From a virus (Duplodnaviria; Caudoviricetes), in IMG/VR virus record IMGVR_UViG_3300020048_000137, positions 546 to 64,545 of that record: a DNA stretch of 64,000 nucleotides. One strand, given 5' to 3'. The position numbers were made by a program, and so were the translations under genes. Below are positions 56,723 to 64,000 of the stretch, piece after piece (positions within the stretch are counted from its first letter, which is position 1; every line of letters starts with the position of its first letter). The notes under the pieces are model-generated. The model made no database searches. It had not been told where the DNA came from and saw nothing but the letters and a program-made list of their open reading frames with translations.

Positions 56723-58587
56723 CACGCCAAGTGAGGCTCATGCCCCAACGCACACGCATCGAGGTCGCCCATCGTCCTACGCGGGCGTCCGTTCAACGCT
56801 CGTAGTGAGACAGGTGCCCAAGGGTCGTCCGGCAGCGCGGCTTTCTCTGTAACTTTCACAGGGTCTTGCGGGACGAAGAAGTGTCGCTCCCGCGCACCTT
56901 CGAGAAGGATAAACGAGGCGTCCGTTTCGTCGGGCGATTCGCCCATGCGCTTTTTGTATTCCTCCTTCGGCTCAACCTGGAGAACCAGACCTTTCACGCC
57001 CTTGTGGGTCTTGAACAAACGACTAGTCATCTGCTTCACCATGTCACTTGAAATTCCGGCAAGCTGCTTCCCAAGGAGAAATTGCTTCCCGATGAAGAAA
57101 AGCTCAGACGCCCGGTTTCGGTAACGTTCGCGCCCCGTGGTCTTGGAGTCGTTCTTAATCTTCCTATCCGATGCGGCTCCGCCGAACTGGACACGCAGGA
57201 ACGAGTCGCTGTCGAACGCCATCTGGAGGATGTCGCAGAACGGAGCGCCCGCCCCCGTAGCATCGACCGCGAGATTTTCAGGTTTCACGCCTCGCTTTTT
57301 GCACTCATCGACAACCTTTTTCGCGACCTGCACGTTGCGGGGCTGCGAGCGGTCGGTGACATCCTCGTAGATTCGCACGGCTTCGCCGAACCGGAGAACG
57401 TGCTGCCCCGCATCGTCGTAACCCAGTGTCCCGATCTTCAAGACGGTGGCATCACCGTTGGACGAGAACGAGGGGTCGAGTCCGGCGAGGACAGTCACGG
57501 CTCCGAGTTCGCGGGTGTTCAGCGATTCGGACTTCGTGAGTTCTGCCACAGAATACACCGTCTCCCCGCCATCGGAGTCGTTGAACACCGCACGGAACAT
57601 TCGTAGGAACCCGCTTGACTTCGCCGCCTCATCCGGCGTAGCGCCGAGAGACTCAAGGGCTTCGTCGATGGTGCGCTGCGACGGCAGGTAGGGGTAGCCG
57701 TCAACAGGGTCGTCGTCCGTGAGATGGAAGTTCGGGCTATCGTAGGCGTCGAGCCGGATGTATGTTCCCCCGATCTGCATTTGCCAGCGCATGTCATTGA
57801 TGACATCCACTGCGTCCCAACCACCTTTCGGAATACAGAAGACACCGAACGGGTCGTACTTCGACGCGGGGTTCGACAGACCAACCATTTGCGTTTCAGG
57901 GTTCGTGGCAATGTTGGACGAGAAAGCCTCCTGCACAGACTCGGAGATGCCACCAAGCTCGTCGGCCACAAGGAGGACACGCGGGGCTTTGCCACCAATC
58001 ATCTTGTCGATCTTGCGCTTGCCCTGCTTCTTGTCAGCGGAGACGAGCTTGAGTCCCCTGTCCGCTTTGGACTTACCGTTTTGATCCTGATAAGCGATCA
58101 GACCGATGGAGTCCACGATACGGCACGGGGGGTCGGGAATGTCGTCGATGAGGTGCATGATCGCGCCCCATATCCGGTCACGCGCACCGGAAAGGTGGGT
58201 CGAGGTGAGCAGAACCTTCGTGTTGGCGGGGTCGCTCATCCACCAAACTAATGCGTACCCCGCTAAAACCCAACTCTTGCCGCCGCTAGCGGCTCCCCCC
58301 ACCCCGAGGTATCTATTGCGGCAACACTCACGGATAACCATCTTCGACCAATGGTGCTTGGACATCTTCTCCTTTCCACCAGAGTTCCACCAGATGTCCG
58401 CGATCCGCCAGAAGTAATACTCCCGTGCATCGGGGTCTTCCGTCCACCGGAAGCCGTAGAGAATCGCCGTCTCCAGATTACAAGGCGGAAGCTCGCCGCC
58501 TAAGACGGAGTAGCCCCCACCATTGAGGGCGCGAGGTTCATGGGTCGGGTTGATTCGCGTTCGCACTGCGGGGAGTATTATCGTCAT
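56722..58587 (-). CDS. Terminase large subunit
   Basis: Walker A GAASGGKS, Walker B LLVADE, nuclease LAGLDPS...DATV, SPDETDA. Confidence 0.9.
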   Translation of the reverse strand: MTIILPAVRTRINPTHEPRALNGGGYSVLGGELPPCNLETAILYGFRWTEDPDAREYYFWRIADIWWNSGGKEKMSKHHWSKMVIRECCRNRYLGVGGAASGGKSWVLAGYALVWWMSDPANTKVLLTSTHLSGARDRIWGAIMHLIDDIPDPPCRIVDSIGLIAYQDQNGKSKADRGLKLVSADKKQGKRKIDKMIGGKAPRVLLVADELGGISESVQEAFSSNIATNPETQMVGLSNPASKYDPFGVFCIPKGGWDAVDVINDMRWQMQIGGTYIRLDAYDSPNFHLTDDDPVDGYPYLPSQRTIDEALESLGATPDEAAKSSGFLRMFRAVFNDSDGGETVYSVAELTKSESLNTRELGAVTVLAGLDPSFSSNGDATVLKIGTLGYDDAGQHVLRFGEAVRIYEDVTDRSQPRNVQVAKKVVDECKKRGVKPENLAVDATGAGAPFCDILQMAFDSDSFLRVQFGGAASDRKIKNDSKTTGRERYRNRASELFFIGKQFLLGKQLAGISSDMVKQMTSRLFKTHKGVKGLVLQVEPKEEYKKRMGESPDETDASFILLEGARERHFFVPQDPVKVTEKAALPDDPWAPVSLRALNGRPRRTMGDLDACALGHEPHLA

Positions 58588-58658
58588 TTCTCGCTACTGC
58601 AACAAAATAGCGTTTTTTGTCTTGCCGCCCCCGCCGTTCCCACGCATAGTCCGCGCAG

Positions 58659-59372
58659 ATGGCCGCACCAAATGACCGCAGACCTTACCCACCCGAGCTT
58701 CTTCGGCGCGTGATCGCGGATATTGCGAATGAAGGCATCACCTCCACAAAAATTGCCGACCTTATCGGAGTCATCCCAATCACTCTCAAAAACTGGACGA
58801 CCCGCGCAAAAGTGAAAAAGGGTTGCCCGATGACTGATGAGCAAATTGAAGAAGCAGTCATCATTTGCTTGACCCACGGGCGAAAGGACTTTGAAAAAAT
58901 CACAGACCTAGAATACAAAGACAAGGGATTCCGTAGTCTTACCGCCAAGCAGAAGGAGTATGTTGAGAAGGGGTTCCACCTTACGGACATATCCTCACCA
59001 ACAAACACTGCGGAGAGTGCCGTTGCGTTTGCGGGGGTGCTTGCATGTGTAGAGCGGCAGCTCAATTACCTTGAGCAACAGGCGGAACGTTCCGAGACGA
59101 TACAGGACGTTGCCGCTGCGTTAACCGCAGGCATCGGTCTTAAGCAGCTCAAGGACATTTACACTAATCCCCCCCGCATCGACAACTGGAAGGATGTCAA
59201 GATTATCAATGATATGGTACGTGACTCCCTTGGGATGAACCGCAAGGAAAATAAGGAACCGCCGAAACACGGAGGCGTCGATGCCAAGATACTTGGATTT
59301 CACCCAAACCAAGTAAAATCTGCGAAGGGCGTGACGCTCGACGTGGAAACCTTTAACGAAGAAATCCCATGA
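58659..59372 (+). CDS. HTH protein, putative terminase small subunit
   Basis: N-terminal HTH (STKIADLIGVIPITLKNW), helical core, next to TerL and portal. Confidence 0.55.
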   Translation: MAAPNDRRPYPPELLRRVIADIANEGITSTKIADLIGVIPITLKNWTTRAKVKKGCPMTDEQIEEAVIICLTHGRKDFEKITDLEYKDKGFRSLTAKQKEYVEKGFHLTDISSPTNTAESAVAFAGVLACVERQLNYLEQQAERSETIQDVAAALTAGIGLKQLKDIYTNPPRIDNWKDVKIINDMVRDSLGMNRKENKEPPKHGGVDAKILGFHPNQVKSAKGVTLDVETFNEEIP

Positions 59373-61630
59373 GTATTACAACACCGCTGGATGCGATTGA
59401 CCAGATTAGCTCAGACCTTGCGCTCCTTGACGAAAAGGGTAAAGCACCCAAGCACCGCGCCATGTCGGCGGGGGTCATTCGAGCGAACTACAACAAAATG
59501 ATCCAGGACGACGAGGGCAGCGCCACGATGCGTGTCCGCGTTCAAGGAATGCTGGATGGCGACCCGCCATACAATCCTGCCGCCCGCCGCGCACAGAAGC
59601 AGTCCTCGCTCGCCAACGCGAACTTCCTGCAAGGAGCAAAGATCGTTCAGAAAGTGGCGAACGGTTACAACGACATCATCTTCTCAGTCAAAACCTTGAT
59701 CTCTGTGGAGACAGAGTTTGGTGAGGACGCAGAACGCTTTGAATATAACCGTGTTCTTGCCGAGGAAGGTTCTCGCACAATGCGAAAATGGTCTTCGTTT
59801 GCCGCGCATTTCCAGATGCTTGTCCGCAAGTTTGTGGATCACGGTGTCGGGATCGGCTACTTCCCTGACACCGAGGATTGGCGTTACGAGGTCGCTGGGT
59901 TCGGTGATTTCCAGATTCCCCGGCAGACGCCCGCCACCGAGGAGAAAATCCAGATCGCCGTGTCCAAGCAGGACATGCCTGTAACGAACCTATTCGACAT
60001 GATCCGTGACGAGGAGACCGCGAGCGATCTCGGGTGGAACGTTAAGGCCGTGAAGAAAGCCGTCGCCCGCGCCACCGACAAAGCCTCCACCGGGGAACTC
60101 GGAGAGTATGAGGCTCTCCAGATGGAGATCAAAAATAATGACGCCACCTTCAACCGGAAGTACCAATACGTCCGCGTGCTGCGTGCGTTCGTCCGCGAGT
60201 TCGACGGAACCATATCGTTCTACATCCTCGAACGCGACGGCTACGGCGAGTGTCTCTATTACCGTCCGTCACACTACAAGACTGTGAACGAAGCGTTTGT
60301 GTTCTTCTGCTACGGCATCGGGAACGGCACATTCCACGGTGTCCGTGGACTCGGGCATATCCTCTACCCGCTTGTCCAGCTTCACAACCGCCTGATGTGT
60401 ATGTTGTCGGACTCGGCTATGATGTCCAGTTCGCTCTTGGTTCAGCATAATAGCCAGAAGGCTCTTGATGAACTCTCCATTCAACTTGTGGGGCCGCTCA
60501 CAGTTTTATCCCCAGGTATGGACATCGTGCCGAACCGACTGATACCCGATCTCACACAGTCATCGCTCCCCATGCTCACAGAGGTCAAAGACAGGATGGC
60601 CGAGAGCGGTAGTCAGTTTTCCGTCTCTCCCGGTGGCCAGACCTACCGCAACCGCCTTGAGTCTGAGGCAAACATGGAGGAAGCGGCGGGCGGTGCGTCC
60701 GCGAACGTCGATCTGTTCTACGCTTCGTGGGATCGCCTCATCCGTGAGATGTTTAAGCGCATCTGCAATGGTGATAAGTCCGACCCGCTCGTCGCCGAGT
60801 TCCATCGCCGTGTCGCGAAACGCGGCGTCCCGCCCGAGGCGATCAAGGGGATCGACCACGACTCGACGTATGCCACCCGCGCCATTGGTGCAGGCAACCC
60901 CGCGTTCCGCACGGTCGGACTCAGCCGCCTCATTCAGCTTCTCCCGAACCTCGACGAAATCGGCCAGAAACGGCTAATTCATCAGATCGTCGCAGACGTG
61001 GTGGGTTACAACAACGCCAGTTTTTATGCGGCAGAGCCGGAGGAAAATCGCGTGAACGTAGAGGCAAAGGTCGCCGAGCTAGAGAACATCCTCCTGTTCC
61101 AAGGAAGCCCCATCGGTGTGAACCCGCAGGAGCTTCACGCTACTCACGCGATGATTCATGTCGTGCCGTTGCAACAGATGATCGAAGGCATCGAACGTGG
61201 GGAGATAGACCCGGTCGCCGCGCTACCTGGACTCCGTGCGATGCTCGACCACCTCGGCAAGCACGCCGAACCCCTCGCCCGCGACCCCGCACAGCGTCAG
61301 GTCTTCGGTGTGGTCAAGGAAGGCATCAACAACCTCACACAGATCGTGGACAACTTTGAGCGGTCGATCCGTTCGCAGGAACGCACGGGTGAGGCGGCTC
61401 CGCAAGGCGGCGAGCAGGACACTGAGGGTGCGGCAAAATCTCGACTCGCAGAGCTTCGTGTTGCCGAGGCCGAGTTCAAGTTACAACTCGCGCAGCGCAT
61501 CGGTGAAATCAAGATCGCCGAACTTCAAGCGAAATCGCAACAGTCCCTCGCACTGAATGATGCGCGTGGCGCAGCGATGGCGGCAAAGGCATTGTCCTCG
61601 CCCGCACTCTCATATAACGAACGCAGATAA
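59369..61630 (+). CDS. Portal protein (podovirus-type, 753 aa)
   Basis: Size, position, C-terminal coiled-coil barrel-like region. Confidence 0.75.
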   Translation: MSITTPLDAIDQISSDLALLDEKGKAPKHRAMSAGVIRANYNKMIQDDEGSATMRVRVQGMLDGDPPYNPAARRAQKQSSLANANFLQGAKIVQKVANGYNDIIFSVKTLISVETEFGEDAERFEYNRVLAEEGSRTMRKWSSFAAHFQMLVRKFVDHGVGIGYFPDTEDWRYEVAGFGDFQIPRQTPATEEKIQIAVSKQDMPVTNLFDMIRDEETASDLGWNVKAVKKAVARATDKASTGELGEYEALQMEIKNNDATFNRKYQYVRVLRAFVREFDGTISFYILERDGYGECLYYRPSHYKTVNEAFVFFCYGIGNGTFHGVRGLGHILYPLVQLHNRLMCMLSDSAMMSSSLLVQHNSQKALDELSIQLVGPLTVLSPGMDIVPNRLIPDLTQSSLPMLTEVKDRMAESGSQFSVSPGGQTYRNRLESEANMEEAAGGASANVDLFYASWDRLIREMFKRICNGDKSDPLVAEFHRRVAKRGVPPEAIKGIDHDSTYATRAIGAGNPAFRTVGLSRLIQLLPNLDEIGQKRLIHQIVADVVGYNNASFYAAEPEENRVNVEAKVAELENILLFQGSPIGVNPQELHATHAMIHVVPLQQMIEGIERGEIDPVAALPGLRAMLDHLGKHAEPLARDPAQRQVFGVVKEGINNLTQIVDNFERSIRSQERTGEAAPQGGEQDTEGAAKSRLAELRVAEAEFKLQLAQRIGEIKIAELQAKSQQSLALNDARGAAMAAKALSSPALSYNERR

Positions 61631-61636
61631 CATACC

Positions 61637-61810
61637 ATGGACGAACAAACTAAAATCGAACTCGGCAAGAAACTTGTCGAAAACGCACATCAATTATTCA
61701 TCGACATCGCGGGCACGGGTCTGACGCTATCCGATTTCCTTAAAGCGAAGGGTCTTACCATTCGTAAAGTCAGGAAAAACGCGGACGGGGATTTCCGGGA
61801 AATTTTCTGA
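61637..61810 (+). CDS. 57-aa hypothetical protein (not in ORF track)
   Basis: ACC-ATG...TGA fills gap between portal and 61815. Confidence 0.5.
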   Translation: MDEQTKIELGKKLVENAHQLFIDIAGTGLTLSDFLKAKGLTIRKVRKNADGDFREIF

Positions 61811-61814
61811 AATT

Positions 61815-62120
61815 ATGAACCTCACCTACGAACGCAACATCAAGCTCCTCGACACGCTGGAAAGCAGAGAGCGTCTCCGCAGCATTCTCGCAGACCCCGT
61901 GTTCCTCGCCGCGATGGCAGTGGTTCAGGAGGACTGCCGCGTGAAACAATCCGACCTCGACAAGTATCCAGACCTCGTCGTCACTCGCCGCATGGCTTAC
62001 CATTCAGGCGTGTCTGAGGTGGCTGAGAAACTCCGCTATCTGTCCCGCAAGAAGCACGCCGAGGATACCCCCGAAGAAGAGGAAGAACCTTTCGCCTATC
62101 TCATTAACAACGACCAATAA
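61815..62120 (+). CDS. Hypothetical head-assembly-associated protein
   Basis: Small gene between portal and scaffold. Confidence 0.5.
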   Translation: MNLTYERNIKLLDTLESRERLRSILADPVFLAAMAVVQEDCRVKQSDLDKYPDLVVTRRMAYHSGVSEVAEKLRYLSRKKHAEDTPEEEEEPFAYLINNDQ

Positions 62121-62126
62121 CACACC

Positions 62127-63338
62127 ATGAGTACTGAACTATCAGAACCAGCTATCGAGGGCGCACCACCCGCATCCCTTCCCACCGAGGACGTGTCCTT
62201 CGTGGACAGCTTCCAAGCATTCATGCAGACCGGGACAAAGCCCGCGCCCGCGCCCGTCGTGGAGCCTGAGCTAGAGACAGAACCCACCCCTGCGCCGAAA
62301 CCTGTAAAGGGAAAAGCCCTCAGCCCGATCAAAGCTCTCGACGACGCCGCACCGCAGGACGACCCCGACTCCATGAACTTACCCATTGACGGGATGGGGG
62401 AATCCGAACAAACCGAAGACCCGGACGCGGACAAAGACAACCCCTACGAAAAAGGTACACCGCAGCATCATCGTTTCCACGAGATGCGAAAAGAAGCTGG
62501 GGTTCTGAAAGGTGAACTCGACTCCGAACGTCAGTCACGCACCCAGCTTGAAGCCAAGGTGAAAGAAATTGAGGCCACCGCCGCCCGCGCCATTGAGTTA
62601 GAGGAGAAGATTAAAGAGTATGAGGCGAAGATCACTGTCACCAACCTCACCGAGAGCGCGGCTTATCAAGAGCAGATCGCAAAACCCCTCATTGGCATTC
62701 TCAATCGGTCAGACGAGATCGCAGACCGCTACGGCATCGACAAAGACCAGCTTGCCGAAACATTGGAAATCGCAGACGCCAACGCTCGCAGCAAGGCATT
62801 TAAGGATCTGACATCTGGATTAGACATTGACCCAGAGGATGCTCTTGAAATGCGTGCGCTTGCTAGGGAGGTGCAACCACTCAAAGCCCGCCGAGATGAA
62901 CTTCTCGCCAACGCTGACAAAGCACTTGCCGAACTAGACGCCGGGAAGACCCGAGCCGAGCAAGAACGCACGCTTCAAGCCGCCGAGGATCGCAAAGCCA
63001 CGGTGGATAAAGTAGCCAAACACATCACTACCAAACTTCCGTTTTTGAAGACCCTTGAAGGAGTGGACTTCGACACCTTGGTTGCAGGTGTTCGGGAATC
63101 GGACTTCGATTCCATCGACACCCAGAACAAGGCCTACTCGCAGATCGCCGCGCAGCTTCTCCCTAAATTGGTGAAGTCCTACGACGCCGCTATCCGCCAA
63201 GTGGAGCAACTCAGCGACGACCTTGCGAAATACAAGAAGCAGACGCCGAGAGTAACACATGACTTTGGTGGCGACAACACGGACGACGATGATGAGACAT
63301 TCATGGATCGTGCAAGAAGACAATTTACTGGAGGGTAA
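62127..63338 (+). CDS. Capsid scaffolding protein
   Basis: Acidic/Pro N-terminus, long coiled coil, C-terminal acidic patch then helix. Confidence 0.7.
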   Translation: MSTELSEPAIEGAPPASLPTEDVSFVDSFQAFMQTGTKPAPAPVVEPELETEPTPAPKPVKGKALSPIKALDDAAPQDDPDSMNLPIDGMGESEQTEDPDADKDNPYEKGTPQHHRFHEMRKEAGVLKGELDSERQSRTQLEAKVKEIEATAARAIELEEKIKEYEAKITVTNLTESAAYQEQIAKPLIGILNRSDEIADRYGIDKDQLAETLEIADANARSKAFKDLTSGLDIDPEDALEMRALAREVQPLKARRDELLANADKALAELDAGKTRAEQERTLQAAEDRKATVDKVAKHITTKLPFLKTLEGVDFDTLVAGVRESDFDSIDTQNKAYSQIAAQLLPKLVKSYDAAIRQVEQLSDDLAKYKKQTPRVTHDFGGDNTDDDDETFMDRARRQFTGG

Positions 63339-63348
63339 CAGCCTCCAG
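63328..63348 (+). terminator. Hairpin overlapping scaffold stop
   Basis: CTGGAGG / CCTCCAG. Confidence 0.5.
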
Positions 63349-63383
63349 AAACTCTAGTCGCTGAAAAATGATATTTTTTTGTG

Positions 63384-63411
63384 TTGACAAGTTACATAAT
63401 TGCCACATAGT
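63384..63411 (+). promoter_or_regulatory. Sigma70-like promoter driving into array 3
   Basis: TTGACA-16-CATAGT, ATG at 63420. Confidence 0.55.
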
Positions 63412-63430
63412 GTGTAACCATGAAATTACA

Positions 63431-63517
63431 AACGAACGTCATAGGCCATGTGCGCCGCGATGAACTCCAACCAGATCAGACGCCTTCAACGGCGTCGCAT
63501 GTGCCGCCTTGTTCGCT
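63431..63517 (-). repeat. attC-like site
   Basis: + strand AACGAAC...GGCCATGTGCGCCG / CGGCGTCGCATGTGCC...CTTGTTCGCT, two extrahelical bases. Confidence 0.85.
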
Positions 63518-63594
63518 TGGTCTTTTTCACGATGCACGCCAAACCGCCGCATTGGCACCGACAAATGGGGAACTTCCTCGGGGGACTGAAGAGC

Positions 63595-63864
63595 TTAGGC
63601 GTTCGACGGCTTCGGTTCGTGAGTTTTTATGGTCTTGTAGTCCGCCACACTTGCGACATAAACGCCCGACCCGTCTTGGATTGTGGCTGCGACAGTCGCA
63701 AGCAGGTCGTCTAGTTCAAACTCTGTGTCTGTGGTTATATGATACACAGCTCCGTGTATATGAAAGTGTGGTTGGAACTGCTGCATCAGAGCGTGATAGG
63801 CGCGATAATCGGCTAAGTTACCTTTTGGATTTAGAGAGATGGCGTAGCGGTATTCCGAGTTCAT
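63595..63864 (-). CDS. Top-strand cassette gene, possibly ferredoxin-fold (Cas2/VapD-like pattern)
   Basis: 89 aa within cassette; YAISL...Y..L...YHITT pattern; fold is a guess. Confidence 0.55.
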   Translation of the reverse strand: MNSEYRYAISLNPKGNLADYRAYHALMQQFQPHFHIHGAVYHITTDTEFELDDLLATVAATIQDGSGVYVASVADYKTIKTHEPKPSNA

Positions 63865-63895
63865 GCGTGGAGTTGGAGTTCAGGGATTATTTTTT

Positions 63896-63982
63896 AGCGA
63901 ACGACCAAGTGGAGGCACGCCGGAAATGAATACCGAATCCAAGAAAGACGTTATCGGCGTTGCCTCGCACGCCTTGTTCGGC
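63896..63982 (-). repeat. attC-like site
   Basis: + strand AGCGAAC...TGGAGGCACGCCG / CGGCGTTGCCTCGCA...CTTGTTCGGC, two extrahelical bases. Confidence 0.85.
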
Positions 63983-64000
63983 TCTTCTGTTTTGATTCGG

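Larger units (their letters stand above)
63431..64000 (-). mobile_element. Integron-like cassette array 3 (inverted; continues beyond window)
   Basis: Two attC on - strand; + strand GTTCGCT 63511 is complementary to AGCGAAC 63896. Confidence 0.85.

Noticed and set aside
1-64000. Prophage or temperate lifestyle
   Set aside because: No integrase, repressor-antirepressor switch or host flanking genes seen; Leu762 PolA alone is insufficient

Overview
The window is most or all of a lytic-type tailed dsDNA phage genome (podovirus-like; apparently circularly permuted, because the scaffold gene is at the right end and the major capsid gene at the left). Layout: capsid, structural, SGNH tail spike and lysis genes on + (0.4-10.7 kb). 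A replication and modification module on - (10.7-27 kb): SNF2 helicase, VRR-NUC, PolA, DUF2815-like SSB, DUF2800-like nuclease, primase-helicase and two DNA methyltransferases. Small early genes on - (30-36.6 kb), including a tmRNA. A probable terminus/origin region (37.7-38.5 kb). Auxiliary genes (ACP, phosphoesterase), a ~4000-aa polyvalent ejection protein, and terminase, portal and scaffold (38.9-63.3 kb). Main discovery: three arrays of integron-type gene cassettes with no integrase in the window. There are 13 complete attC-like sites, one truncated site and two near-identical array-start half-sites. For 13 cassettes, the 7-bp core opening the cassette is complementary to the inverse core closing it (12 exact, 1 with a G-T wobble). 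The attC bottom strand is always the local phage coding strand and often supplies start codons, stop codons, SD-like sequence and overlapping ATGA couplings, so cassettes plug into phage operons. Also notable: a ~1.6-kb dual-frame, apparently split C5-methyltransferase and a phage tmRNA with an LVA tag. Family names come from motif recognition by eye, not database searches. Start codons were adjusted by eye where the ORF track start looked too far upstream. A PVC-type (e.g. Verrucomicrobia) host is only a weak guess from ACC-ATG starts lacking SD sequences.
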